Source of the DNA: an uncultured Planctomycetota bacterium
GTDB lineage: Bacteria > Planctomycetota > Planctomycetia > Isosphaerales > Isosphaeraceae
NCBI GenBank assembly: GCA_963845755.1
Contig: CAWJTV010000049.1
Span: 64,001-128,000 of the forward strand
Reading direction: 5' to 3'
Length of the DNA: 64,000 nucleotides
Within the stretch, counting starts at the first letter, position 1. Every line of letters begins with the position of its first letter. Of this stretch, positions 42,911-54,400 are shown one piece after another. The notes beneath the pieces were generated by a model. That model was not told the origin of the DNA. It ran no database searches and saw only the letters and a program-made list of their open reading frames with translations. A program made the position numbers and the translations under genes.

Positions 42911-44006
42911 TCAGCTTGATCGATACTGATCGCGCCGCGACCGTTCGAGCGGTCGTCGCAGGTGATTGCGAACCTCCTCGACGGAACCCGCGCTGAGGGC
43001 GAAATGCGGCGGTCGGATGGCCGTTTGCGCGATTACGGCGTGTCTGCGCCGGCGTTCGCGGATGTGCGACCAGGCCCGCAGGGCGTCGAGCTTACCCGAG
43101 CCGAACGCGAGCAAACGCCCGCGTGCCAACCTCCAGGCCGCTTGAACGGCGATGAAGGCGAGGTGGGGGACGATCGCCACGGCCAGCTTTCGGGCGGGCA
43201 GGTTCGACCAGAAGACCAGCTCGGCGTTCCGAGCCATCCGGCGCTGGAGCGAAGGACTTCCATGGTCGTAGGTTGCCGAAACCTCGTGGAGGATTCGGCA
43301 ACTCGGCGCGAAGAGGCAGCGATAGCCGGCCCATCTCAGCCGGAAAGCCAGATCGATGTCTTCATAATAAGAGCCGAAGAGGGGATCGAATCCCCCGGCG
43401 CGGCGGAGCGCCTCGGCGCGATAGAACGCGCTGCTACCGCTGGCCCCGAAAACCTCCTCGATCGACTGTTCTCCCCATCGCGACGCGGGTTGCCCGTGGC
43501 CGCGCTTGGACGGCCAGCCCATCCAGGCGTAGGAATCGCCGGCCGAGTTGAACCCGCTCCGGATCCGATCGGACGAGCACCAGCGGCGCCACCGACCCGA
43601 CCGTCTCGTCGGCGAATGGGGCCAGGCCCGCCTCGACCCAACCTCGGGTCACTTCCGTATCGTTGTTGAGGAGCTGGATGTACGGCCCCCGGGCCGCCGC
43701 GATCCCCGCATTCGCCGCGGCGCAGAAGCCGCCGTTACGCGTCAGCTTCACCAACCGGACACTGGGATGAGCGTCAGCCAGCCATTCCGCCGTGCCGTCG
43801 GTGGATCCATCGTCGGCGACCACCACCTCGATGCGACAGTCCCGATCGGCCGGCCGGTGCCGCTCGACACTGGCGAGGCAAACTCGCAACAACTCGCGGC
43901 CGTTGTAGGTCGGGATCACGATCGAGCAGACCGGCGCCGGAGCATCGGGACCACCGGGCCGCCGGCTCAACTCTCGGTGGGACCCACTCGCTTCGATTCG
44001 TTCCAC
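42911..44006 (-). CDS. Glycosyltransferase family 2 (frameshift ~43550; start approximate)
   Basis: SIVIPTYNG, VADDGSTDG, NGGFCAAANAG, LLNNDT, then GGFDPLFGSYYEDIDL in the next frame. Confidence 0.88.
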
Positions 44007-45186
44007 GACGTCTTTCCCCAGAACACATGCTGGATGGTCATCAAGAGGATGCGGAGATCCAACCCGATCGACCAGCGCCCGATATAGTCCAGGTCGTACT
44101 GGATTCGCTTGCGTAGCGAAGTCCGCCCGCGCCATCCATGGACTTGCGCCCAGCCTGTCATTCCGCCGGGAACCGCGTGCCGCAAGTCGTAATCCGGAAT
44201 CGACTGGCGAAACTCCTCGACGAAGACCGGACGTTCCGGCCGGGGCCCCACCAGGCTCATCTCGCCGCGTAAGACGTTGAACAACTGCGGCAGCTCGTCC
44301 ACGTTGGTATGCCGGAGCATGTCTCCGATCCGCGTGCACCGGGTGTCGTGGTCCGAGGCCCAGATGGGGCCGGTCTCGCGCTCGGCGTCGCAGCGCATGC
44401 TGCGGAACTTGATGATCGAGAACAGGCGCCCCCCTTGTCCGACGCGTTGCTGTTTGTAGAAGATCGGTCGGCCTGTGCTGATCAGGATCGCCAGGGCGAC
44501 GATGGCGAACAGGGGAGCGAGCAGGAGGAGCAACATCGCGGCCACCGAGACATCCACGAGCCGTTTGCCGATCCGACCCCACGAGAGTGGTCTCCGGGCC
44601 GACGGGCGAAATCGGGTGCTGGGACGTGCGGTTTCGTCGTGCGACCATGGTGGCGCAGTCGCACGGCTCCCCAGGGAATCCAGGTCCAGAGGTCCGGAAT
44701 CAACCGAGACCCACTGCACGGGGACATCCGTGTGGGTCAGCGGGCTCATCCGCGATGGGAGGCTGGCTTCGCCCTCGCCCGAGACCGCCACCATGAGATG
44801 AGTGGCGCGGCGCGATCCACGAATTCGTCCAGCCGATCGACCGGGCCGAGGATAGGGACGGGATCGGTCTCGGGATGGAGGGCCAGATGACGGCTCCGCG
44901 GTCGCAGGCTCGAGGACCGCGAATGTCCCGAGTTGACGAAACCGACGATTGGCAGGCCGCCCCAGGGCCGCTTGCCCAGCCGCCGGAGCAATCGCCGAGC
45001 GTCGCGACGAGCGCCGACCAGGAGAACGCGCCTCGGGGAACTTTCCCGATCCGCGTGAGTCCCGAGGTGTCCAGCGATATCCAGTGCGTCGTCCATGATA
45101 TCGTCACCCATCCTGGGTCTCGGGCTCCGGGTCTGCGTCACCCCCCGGGGCCGTTCCGGGTTCGACCTTGACGTTCCGTTCGTCAT
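43967..45186 (-). CDS. Polyprenyl-phosphate sugar phosphotransferase (WcaJ/WbaP-like), frameshift ~44800; start uncertain
   Basis: KRLVD, YKQQRVG..G..F..IKFRSM, DELPQLFNVLRGEMSLVGPRPER, GMTGWAQVHG motifs; the upstream frame gives the CoA-binding-like RRVLLVGA...IVGFV. Confidence 0.9.
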
Positions 45187-45321
45187 ATCGTACGTCCGCG
45201 TCGGGACGACCCCGTTTCGGCTTTCGCTCAAGCCCTACGATCGACCGAACCGACGTTGAATTTGAGTTATTCCGAAGACACCACGGATTTGTGTTCTCCC
45301 GTTTGTGGGGAGGGTGATCGA

Positions 45322-46371
45322 GTGAACCCGTCGCAGGCTCGCCAGACCGAGGAGTCCCACGGCCCGGAGCCCCGGCTGACGGTGATCGTCGTCAACTACG
45401 AGAGCTGGCCGGACGTGGTCCGCCTGGTTGAATCCGTGACAACCGAGGCGGAATGGCGTTCCGGCCATTGCCAGGTTGTGGTCGTGGACAATGCGTCTCG
45501 CGGCCCGATACCCGAGGCGATCTCGGTCCCGCCGCCCGGCCTGCGTCTGATCGCCCGCCCCGTCAATGGAGGCTTCGCTGCGGGCGTCAACACCGGCTGG
45601 CATGCCGCCAGAAGCCGCTGGCTGTTGGTGCTCAATCCCGATGTGGAAGTACCAGGCGGGTTCCTGGGCAAGATCTTCGCACGTCTCGACCACTACGAGT
45701 CCGACCCCAGCGGGCCGCCGGGGATCGTCGGGTTCGGATTGCGGAACCCCGACGGATCACCTCAAGGCTCGGTGGGTGCCTTTCCCACCCTGGCCCGCTC
45801 GATCTGGGAGCAGTTCTTACCGCGCTCGCGCCGGAAATACCAGCCCGGTTGGCGAATCCGCCCGGGACCCGTTGATTGGGTCACGGGCGCGTGCATGCTT
45901 GTTTTCAGCCCCATGATCGCCGCGCTCGGAGGAATGGACGAGGATTTCTTCCTCTACCACGAGGAGGTCGCATTCAGCAGGGTCGCGCAGGACCGGGGTT
46001 GGCGGGTGGAATACGACCCCCGCGTGAGCGTGGTGCACCGACATCCCTTGCAAAATCGGGCGATTTCGCCCAAGATGCGCGTCATTACCCGGCACAGCAA
46101 GCTGCTCTATTTCCGCAAACACTTACCGCACTGGCAGTTCTGGACATTATCCGCAATCGTCGCCGTGGAGGCGGCGATTCAAGGGCGATGGTCGGAGGTT
46201 CTTGGGCGGCGAGACGAGGCCAGGGCGTGGCAGACGATCGCCGAAGTGGCCCGCCGACTGCGTCGTGGGATTCCTCTGCGTGGCCGAGACGTGTTGGCGA
46301 TAGCCGAATCGGTCGAACCGCCTTCGACGCCGGGCCTTGAGTCCTTAATTGACTGTCCGAGGACCCCGTAA
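45322..46371 (+). CDS. Glycosyltransferase family 2 (WbbL-like)
   Basis: VIVVNY, VVDNAS, NGGFAAGVN, LNPD, VDWVTGACM, GMDEDFFLYHEE motifs. Confidence 0.92.
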   Translation: MNPSQARQTEESHGPEPRLTVIVVNYESWPDVVRLVESVTTEAEWRSGHCQVVVVDNASRGPIPEAISVPPPGLRLIARPVNGGFAAGVNTGWHAARSRWLLVLNPDVEVPGGFLGKIFARLDHYESDPSGPPGIVGFGLRNPDGSPQGSVGAFPTLARSIWEQFLPRSRRKYQPGWRIRPGPVDWVTGACMLVFSPMIAALGGMDEDFFLYHEEVAFSRVAQDRGWRVEYDPRVSVVHRHPLQNRAISPKMRVITRHSKLLYFRKHLPHWQFWTLSAIVAVEAAIQGRWSEVLGRRDEARAWQTIAEVARRLRRGIPLRGRDVLAIAESVEPPSTPGLESLIDCPRTP

Positions 46372-46428
46372 GGTGGGTGAAACCCACCGATGAAATGGCC
46401 AGATCCAGGTGGGTTTGACCCACCCTGC
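46368..46428. repeat. GTAG-type REP doublet (inverted pair of palindromes)
   Basis: GTAAGGTGGGTGAAACCCACC ... GGTGGGTTTGACCCACCCTGC, 18/21 complementary; supplies the GT2 TAA stop. Confidence 0.75.
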
Positions 46429-46509
46429 AACGGCTGGATGCCGTTCTCGGAGAATTTCTTGGGCGATAAATGACCCAGGGACTCGAGGACTCTGAAAGGA
46501 TGGACCCGC

Positions 46510-48093
46510 GTGACAACGATGCAGCACACCGCCCGCATCGCCGTGCTCATGGCCGGTGCCGCGGCCTTGCTCGGATGGGAGCTTCGCCACATGGAGGCCA
46601 CATTCGCCGACGGCCTCCGCTATCTCCACCGGGCCGAACGCATCGAGCGCGGCGACGGGTCAGACAGCGTCATCCAGGGAATCGACCATCCGCTCCATCC
46701 GCTCGGCATCGTTGCGGCGCACCGGGTGCTCGGGGGATCCAGTCCGGCGTCGTGGCAGCGTGCCGCACTGGCGCTGTGCTTCCTCTGCGCGGTGCTCCTG
46801 GTCATCCCCACTTATTTGCTCGCCCTGGAACTCTTCGGCGAAGAAGCGGCCTGGCTGGCCTGCGTCCTCGTGCTGCTGAACCCGATCATCGGCTATATCG
46901 TGGTCAACATCCTGAGCGAGAGCACGTTCTTGCTCGTGTGGACATTCGGCTTGTGGGCGGCCGTCCGATTCCTTCGTGAGGGGCGGTTTCTCTGGCTGCC
47001 TCTGGCGATCGGGTTCGGTGCACTGGCTTACCTGACCCGCCCGGAAGGGATGCTCTTGCCGGCAGCCATCGTGCTGACGCTCTTGCTGCTGCCGATGCTC
47101 CGCGCGACCCGGATCAACTGGCCGCGATGGTGGCGGGCCCTGGCGTTCCTGGCGGCCGGTCCGGTCCTGTTGGCGGGCCCTTACATCGCGATCAAAGGGG
47201 GCCTCGGGACCAAGCCGGGAATCGCACGGGTCCTGGGACTGGCGCCGCGCTCGGATCCCATGGGGCTGGAACGCGAGCATCCGCTGACCCCCGACCAGTC
47301 GGCGCTGGAAATCTATCGTGCCGCCACGATCCGCATGCTCCGGGTCTTCCGCGCGGCGGTGACTCCGCCCTTGTTCGCGGTTGGGTTGCTCGGCCTGGTT
47401 GTAGCCGCCTTCCAGGGTTCACGGATCCGCGCCTGGCTCTTCCTGGCGATCATCTTGACCGCGTCGGCCGTCGGGTTGGTGCGCCTTCATGCCACGGGCG
47501 GATACTGCACGGTCCGGCATGGACTGGTACCCGGCATGATCCTCACGCTGGCGGCGGCCCACGGACTCGCCTGGATAATGAGCAAGGTGGCGATCCCCGG
47601 CCGCTGGCTCGGTCTGGCCTCCGAACGACTGCGACCCGGACCCGTCATCTGGGCGACCTTGCTGGCACTTCTGGTCATGTTGCCGAACGTCCGTGCCCTG
47701 GGACCCGCGACCGCCGGTCCGTATTCCGTCTACCGGTTGACCGGCGATTGGCTCGCGCAGAATACCGACGCGTCCGGCGGGGTCCTGGACCTGACGGACT
47801 GGTCGCTCTTCTTCAGCCAGCGCGCGGGCTATCCCTTCGCGACAGTCTACGACGCTCCGTCTCACCCCGACCTCCGCTGGATCGTCGCCCGCAAGCCTCA
47901 CGTCGTGGGCCACTGGCACTACAGCCAGGTGATCCGCGAGCTGATCGGGGACCGCGAGCCCGTCGCCTTGATCCCTCCTCACCCGGCACACGATCAAGTC
48001 CAGATCCGCATTTATGACCGGCACGCCCTCTCGCCCCCGAGCGCCGCCGCGGCGAATTCATCGCCTCACGAGGCCGATCGCACACGCCGTTGA
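46510..48093 (+). CDS. GT-C fold polytopic glycosyltransferase (ArnT/PMT, GT39/83-like)
   Basis: FADGLRY, HPLHP, LSESTF, LAYLTRPEG motifs and many TM helices. Confidence 0.8.
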   Translation: MTTMQHTARIAVLMAGAAALLGWELRHMEATFADGLRYLHRAERIERGDGSDSVIQGIDHPLHPLGIVAAHRVLGGSSPASWQRAALALCFLCAVLLVIPTYLLALELFGEEAAWLACVLVLLNPIIGYIVVNILSESTFLLVWTFGLWAAVRFLREGRFLWLPLAIGFGALAYLTRPEGMLLPAAIVLTLLLLPMLRATRINWPRWWRALAFLAAGPVLLAGPYIAIKGGLGTKPGIARVLGLAPRSDPMGLEREHPLTPDQSALEIYRAATIRMLRVFRAAVTPPLFAVGLLGLVVAAFQGSRIRAWLFLAIILTASAVGLVRLHATGGYCTVRHGLVPGMILTLAAAHGLAWIMSKVAIPGRWLGLASERLRPGPVIWATLLALLVMLPNVRALGPATAGPYSVYRLTGDWLAQNTDASGGVLDLTDWSLFFSQRAGYPFATVYDAPSHPDLRWIVARKPHVVGHWHYSQVIRELIGDREPVALIPPHPAHDQVQIRIYDRHALSPPSAAAANSSPHEADRTRR

Positions 48094-48146
48094 GACTTCG
48101 TCCGACCGATCTCCAATCCCCCCATAATTCCCTTCGGACTGTCCCG

Positions 48147-49402
48147 ATGTCAATCTCCCCCTCGGCTCCCTCGACCCGTACCTTGGCTGGTCGGCCGTCG
48201 TCGCGCGCGGACGGATCCCATACCGTCCAATCGGCGGCCCTACCGACTGGTCGGCGCCGGCGAGGCGGCGTACCGTGGGGATTCGCCGGCATGCTCGTGC
48301 TGGTCCTGACGATCGAGGGCGCCGTCGCACGCCGATGGCTGGATTTCTCGGACCCCGTCAGCTTGAGCTGGAGGTTCAGTGCGGAGGCGGCCCGCTTGCA
48401 GGCTCCGGGCCGCGACCTGCTCTGCCTGGGCGATAGCCTGGCCAAGCACGGGGTGATCCCGGCGGTCGTCGAGCGTCAGTCGAACCTTCGCACGGTCAAC
48501 CTGGCGGCCGCGCGATGTCCGACCCTGATGACCTACTATCTCTTCCGACGCGCACTCGATGCCGGTGCGCACCCCTCGGCGATCGTCATCAACACCAAGC
48601 AGGCCGTGCTGATCGGCGGTCCCGATTACAATGCCGCCTACTGGCCGGCCGTCCTCTCGCCCTGGGAATGCCTGGAGCTGGGACGCATCAGTCGACGACC
48701 CGAGACTGCGGCGGCCGCACTCGTCGGCTGCCTGCTCCCGTCGCTCCGTTCGCGCCTGGAAATCCGATCGAACTTGATGGCGGAATTGCGCGGTGAGATC
48801 GACCCCCTCCACGACATCAACCGTGTCCTCTGGCGAAACTGGACCGTCAACGACGGTGCCAATGTCGCCAGTTTCCACTCTGGTTATCACGGTGAGTTAT
48901 CACCGGAGATCCAGGAAAACTTGCATCCAGATGCCTTCCATGTGAACCGGAGCAATGAAGCGGGATTGGAGAGCCTGCTCCGCCTGGCCGCCGAGCGGAG
49001 CATCCGGGTTTACTGGCTCCTGACTCCACTCTCGCCCGGCCTCCAGGCCTGGCGCGACCGGAGCGGTGCCGAGGCCCGGTTCGAGGAATGGGTTCGCCGT
49101 TTCCAGGCTCGATATCCCCAGGTCGTCACGATCCTCGACGCCCGCCGCGTGGTCTCGGCCCCATCGATGTTCATCGACGCCACGCATCTGGCCGGACGGG
49201 GTGGAATTGCATCAGCCACTCCTTGGGAATGACTCTCAAGAACGAGGCCGGCCAACCTCTCTCTTCCTCCCATCCGCGTTGGATTGTCCTCGATCCGATG
49301 GATTCCGACCCGAATACGGAAGCCGAACGGACACTCGAAGATGTTGATGAGTCCAAGAACATCCTCCGCGTGGAATCCCAGGGCGAAAAGTTGATCCGGT
49401 GA
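48147..49402 (+). CDS. Membrane-anchored SGNH/DUF1574-like protein (frameshift ~49205)
   Basis: TM helix, LCLGDS, VNLA, FIDATHL (DxxH) motifs; tail continues in the frame ending at 49402. Confidence 0.7.
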
Positions 49403-49632
49403 TCCCACCCGCGGTGAGTCGTCTCGAGCCAACCGGACCGTGCCAGTAACTCCATGTCTTCCTCAGCCCAACACGCACGCATTCATCCTCCTTTGAGGCG
49501 ACCGCTGGATCGTCCCGGATTGCGAGTGATATCCTCGCAATGTGCAAGGCCATCCCCGTGAAAAGGGGCGCGAGGGCGCTGTCATCGATAAACTGCGGGT
49601 TGGGGAATCGCGAGCGACACCGGCGTTTTTTT

Positions 49633-51261
49633 CTAGGCTGGCAAAGTTAGCTGGAGGCAGCGGTGCTCCAAGTCCTTGAGGTAGGCATCGGGATTGTGGC
49701 GGAACCGGCGTTGCTTCCGCCGCGATTCCCGCCGCGCCTCCAGTTCCGTGCGCAGTCCCTTCCAATCCTCAACATAGCCCGGGCTCAGCACCAAGCCTTC
49801 GTCCGGCCGCAGCCGCGTCGCCAGCCCCGAGATCACCCGCGCCGAGCCCATCACCACCAGGCCCGGCGACCCCCGACGCCGACCGCTGGCCCGGCGCTCG
49901 TGGTAGCGATGACTGCCGAAGGTGTGCTCCAGGTCGTTATTCGTCCGCGGCAGATCCGACGACTCGTAGCAGGCAAACAAGCCCGGCCAGTAGCTCCGGG
50001 TCACCTTCACGAACTGCTTCAAACCCGCCCGCACCGTGGGCTCGTCTGTCGTCGCCACCGCCCGGCGCATTCGCGCCAGCAGTTGCACCAGCCGCCGCCG
50101 CACCTTCTTCGCCGGCAGCCCCTCCTCGTTCTTGAGGATCCGGGCGGCGCGCTTGACCCATTGGTACGACTCGCGCACCGCCGGGAACAGCGCGGCCGTC
50201 TCCTCCAGCCCGCGCCGCAGCAATTGCCTCAGCCGTTTCAAACCCCCGGGCAGGTCGCCCGCCTTGGCGACGACATCGTCCAAGTTGGCGGCAATCCGGC
50301 TCAATCGATCCTGCCGCTTCAGCCCGGAGGCCGAAAGCGGTGGCAGTCCGTCGTCGGTCAAGGCCCCGCGCACCGCGGCGCAGTAGTCCCGCACCACCTC
50401 CGCCTCCGCGTCCTCCGCGTCGTCCTCCAGCTCCTTCTCCGCCGCACGCTCGATCTTCCGGATGCCCCGCACCCGCTTCTTCAACTCCTTCTTGGCGTGG
50501 CGATCCGCCTCGTAGATCGGCTTGGCCGCCTCGCGGAGGTAGTGGAAATGGCAGAGCTGATGGGGGACACCTTTGAGGGCGATAGCCACGGCGTTGCGGA
50601 TGCTCTCCTGACCGTCGGAGACCACGCCGGTGATCGGCACCGGCAGGACCTTCCGCACCTGGTCGATCAGGCCGGCCAGGTCCTGGGCCGTGGACGACAG
50701 CAGGCTCTTGGCCAGGAGGATCTCGCCGGAGAGGCAGTCGCGCAGCACCCAGAGGACCTCGTGGCCGACATCCGGCTGCAGGCCGTCGATGGCCAGGATG
50801 ACGCGGCCCTGCGGGCGCAACAGCGGACCGAGTCGCTGGGGATCGGCCGTGGCCAGGGACCGCAGCTCGTCGTAGCGGTCCAACAGGTTGGTGACGGTGC
50901 GTTCGGCCAGGATGAGCCCGCGGTGCGTGAGCTCGCGGTGGATCTCGGGGATGCTGCGGTGCTCGGCATAGCGGAGCCGGCCCACCAGGGCCATGACGTC
51001 GAGGCCGAACTCGTGATAGGGCAAGGCGAAGTGGGGCTCAGCCTCAGGGCGGTAGGGTCTCAGGAAGCGGGAGCAGGCGGGATTGGGGCAGCGTCGGATC
51101 GTCAGGGTCAGCCGGAAGACGCCGTCGAGGGTGCTGATGGTGCGAAAGTTGTTGTAGTCGGCACCGGTCCGGTGCTGGCACTCGGGGCAGTTCAAGAGGA
51201 CCGGAGTGAGGGTTAAGGCGCGATCGGGTTGCGGTCGAGGTCGTCGTTTGTGGTTGCGCAT
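49633..51261 (-). CDS. DDE transposase, 542 aa
   Basis: N-terminal CPEC/CPNPAC Zn-finger; catalytic-like ILAIDG, VVSDG, CHFH (C/DxxH) and TNNDLE, typical of Mutator-like/IS256 transposases. Confidence 0.92.
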   Translation of the reverse strand: MRNHKRRPRPQPDRALTLTPVLLNCPECQHRTGADYNNFRTISTLDGVFRLTLTIRRCPNPACSRFLRPYRPEAEPHFALPYHEFGLDVMALVGRLRYAEHRSIPEIHRELTHRGLILAERTVTNLLDRYDELRSLATADPQRLGPLLRPQGRVILAIDGLQPDVGHEVLWVLRDCLSGEILLAKSLLSSTAQDLAGLIDQVRKVLPVPITGVVSDGQESIRNAVAIALKGVPHQLCHFHYLREAAKPIYEADRHAKKELKKRVRGIRKIERAAEKELEDDAEDAEAEVVRDYCAAVRGALTDDGLPPLSASGLKRQDRLSRIAANLDDVVAKAGDLPGGLKRLRQLLRRGLEETAALFPAVRESYQWVKRAARILKNEEGLPAKKVRRRLVQLLARMRRAVATTDEPTVRAGLKQFVKVTRSYWPGLFACYESSDLPRTNNDLEHTFGSHRYHERRASGRRRGSPGLVVMGSARVISGLATRLRPDEGLVLSPGYVEDWKGLRTELEARRESRRKQRRFRHNPDAYLKDLEHRCLQLTLPA

Positions 51262-51342
51262 GGAAAGCCTCCTCTGCTCTGTTCTGTTCTTACGTCCATT
51301 ATACCAAGCCGAGGGGCTTCCCAGCTACTTTTGCTATCCTAG
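49633..51342 (-). mobile_element. Complete IS element copy 2 (~1710 bp), Mutator/IS256-superfamily
   Basis: 22-bp terminal inverted repeats CTAGGCTGGCAAAGTTAGCTGG / CCAGCTACTTTTGCTATCCTAG (18/22 match), flanked by T7 and T8 tracts; single transposase ORF. Confidence 0.93.
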
Positions 51343-51426
51343 TTTTTTTTCTTCGGTCATCATGAAACGAAACCGGACGGCTTCTTCTCTTGGGTATAGA
51401 GGGCCAGCTATCGGGGAGGAACATCA

Positions 51427-54400
51427 ATGCTCGATCCAACCAACTGCCCGGCGTGCGGGTCGATGCTGCCGCCCGACGCACCGGGCGGTCTGTGTCCGGC
51501 ATGCCTCCTGCAGCAAGGGCTCGCGGGCGACCAATCGAACGCCTCCGGCGAGGACATCGGCAGTGCCTTCGAGCAGGGTCGGTTGAGCGGTCTGGCCGAC
51601 TTGTCTTCCCGGTTTGGTGCGATGCCCCGCTTGCTCCTCCGAGAGGCCAGTCCGGGCGAAGTTCCCTGTCCGGTCGTCTGCCCCTCATCTCCCGAAATGC
51701 CCGCTCCGATCCACCGCGGCGACCGCTATCAGCTCCTAGGCGAGATCGCCCGAGGCGGCATGGGTGCGGTCCTCAAGGGCCGGGATCCCGACCTGGGCCG
51801 CGACCTGGCGATCAAGGTCTTGCTCGAGAAGCACCGCGACCACCCCGAGCTGGTCCACCGGTTTGTCGAGGAGGCGCAGATCGGCGGCCAGCTCCAGCAC
51901 CCGGGAATCGTTCCGGTTTACGAGGTCGGCCAGTTCGGGGACGACCGGCCTTACTTTGCAATGAGACTGGTTGAGGGCCAAACGCTCGCGGCATTGCTGG
52001 CAGCTCGCGCGAACACCCCGGAGGACTTGCCCCGATTCCTCGACATCTTCGCGCACGTCTGCCAGACGATGGCTTATGCACACTCTCGCGGCGTGATCCA
52101 TCGCGATCTGAAACCTTCCAACATCATGGTGGGCAGTTTCGGCGAGATCCAGGTGATGGACTGGGGTCTGGCTAAGGTCTTGTCTCGGGGCGGCGTGGCC
52201 GACGAGCCGCTGGCTCCTCCCGCCCGGGAATCCGCGCGGATTGCGACGGCCCGCAATGGCTCGGATATCGGGATATCGCGGGCCGGGTCGGTGCTGGGAA
52301 CGCCGGCCTACATGGCGCCCGAGCAGGCGCGAGGGGATCTCGATCAGGTGGATGAGCGGGCCGATGTCTTCGGACTGGGCGCCATCCTCTGCGAGATCCT
52401 GACCGGCCGTCCTCCTTATCTCGCCGCCGACGCCGGCGAACTCAAGGGCCGGGCAGCCCGGGCCGAGCTGGACGACGCGTATGACTGCCTGGGGGCCTGC
52501 GGCGCCGAACTCGAGCTCATCGCCCTGTCTCGACGATGTCTAGCGGCGCGGCCCGAAGATCGGCCTCGTGATGCCGGGATCGTGGCTGCCGAGCTGACGG
52601 GCTACCTGCGCGGAATACAGGAACGGCTCAGGCAGGCCGAGCTCCAGAGCGTGGAGGCCCAGGCCCGGGCGACCGAGGAGAAGAAACGGAGGCGGCTGGC
52701 GGTGGGGCTGGCCGCGGCGGTGGTCGGACTCATCGTGACGGCGGGCGGTGGAGGCGTCTGGGCGCTCCACCAGCATCATGTTCGAGCCGCTCGGGTCGAT
52801 CTCCTGATCCACAACGCCGAGTTCTTGAAGGCGCAGGCCGAAGAGACAGGAGACGACCTGGCCCGGTGGGCGGTGGCTCGCGAGGCCGTGCGCCGCGCGT
52901 TGGCGGTCGTCGACGATGTCCGCGACGCTGCGACCCGTAGCCGGCTCGTGACCCTGGAGAGGCAGATCGGGAAGCTGGCCGACGCGGCCGAAGCCTACGC
53001 CCGGTTGCTCGACCGGCTCGCCGAGGTCCGCGAGGCGATGGACGAGATCCCCGCGGGTCAGACCGAAGCGGCCTACGCGGCGGAGTTCCAGGGCGCGGGA
53101 TGGGATCCGGATACTCAGACTCCGGAGGAGATGGGGCGAGCCATCGCGCGGCGCCCGATTCGAACGGCCGTCGGACTTGCCGTCGCCCTGGACCACTGGG
53201 CGGCCCTGCGGCTCGATCAGGGGAACCGGTCGGGCGCCGGCCGCATCACAGCCGTTGCTCGAGTGGCCGACCCCGACGATTACCGCGGTCGGCTCCGCAC
53301 GGCATTGATGGAGCCCCGTGTCTCGGAGCGCCGGGTGGCCCTCCGAGAGCTGGCCCGATCGGCAACAGCCGCGGAGCTGCCGCCAGTCACCTCGGCGCTG
53401 CTAGGCGTGGGTCTGCTCCGCGCGGGCGACCCGATCACCGCCGAGTCCGTGCTGCGGCCTGCGCAGCGGCGTCATCCCGCCGACCCCTGGCTGGCCCAGG
53501 TCCTGGCCAGGACGCTGGAGACGCGGTCACGGCCCGAGGAGGCCATTCGCTACTACTTCATCGCCCGCGCCGCACGACCCGAATCCGCCCACGCCCTGGC
53601 TCATGCCCTCGAGCGCCAGGGTGAATGGACGGAGGCGATCGACGTACTCCGAGAGGCCGTCCGCCTCAACCCGGCGAACGTGCGGCACCACTCCTGCCTC
53701 GCCAAGGCCCTGAAGGCGCAAGGTCAAGTTCGGGAAGCCGAAAAGGAGCTTGACGCAGCCCTTGCAGCGGCCCGCGAGGCGCTGCAACACACTCCCGACG
53801 TCTCGTTGCACCATACGCTACGCAATATCGCCATTAAGCAACCAGCCCGGATGAAGGAGGTCATTGCGGCTTATCGGGCCGCGATCCGGTTGAGGCCGGA
53901 TGATGCTTCGGCCCATTATCACCTCGGGACCATTCTGGATCGCAGCGGCCGGGCCGACCAGGCGATTGCCGAGTACCGCGCGGCGATCCGGCTCGAGCCC
54001 GATCTCGCCGAAGCCTACCTCGGCCTGGGCATCGTCCTCGCGAAGCTCGAGCACGATCATGCAGGGGCCATCTCCGTCTTTCAGGACCTGATCCGGATCC
54101 GGCCTGACGACGCCTTGGTCCACTTCAACTTCGGGATCGTCCTCGCAGGACAGGGCCGGCGCAACGAGGCGATTGCCGAGTACCGCGCGGCGATCCGGCT
54201 CAAGCCCGATTTCGCCGAAGCCTACTGCAACCTGGGTGCGATTCTGACGAACATGGAATCCAGCCGGGGCGAGGCTCACACCGTCTTGCGAGAAGCGGTC
54301 CGGCTCAAACCCGATGATGCCTTTTCGCATTTCAATCTCGCCAACCTGCTGAGGATGACCGGCCGGGCCGACGAGGCGATCGCCGAGTACCGGGAGACCA

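Noticed and set aside
49663..51216. 517-aa plus-strand ORF inside the IS (and its part at 173-892)
   Set aside because: Antisense to the transposase; no independent motifs.
53960..54225. Near-identical repeat pair as a possible DGR template/variable region
   Set aside because: Both copies are coding TPRs, the two mismatches are not adenine-specific, and no reverse transcriptase is present.
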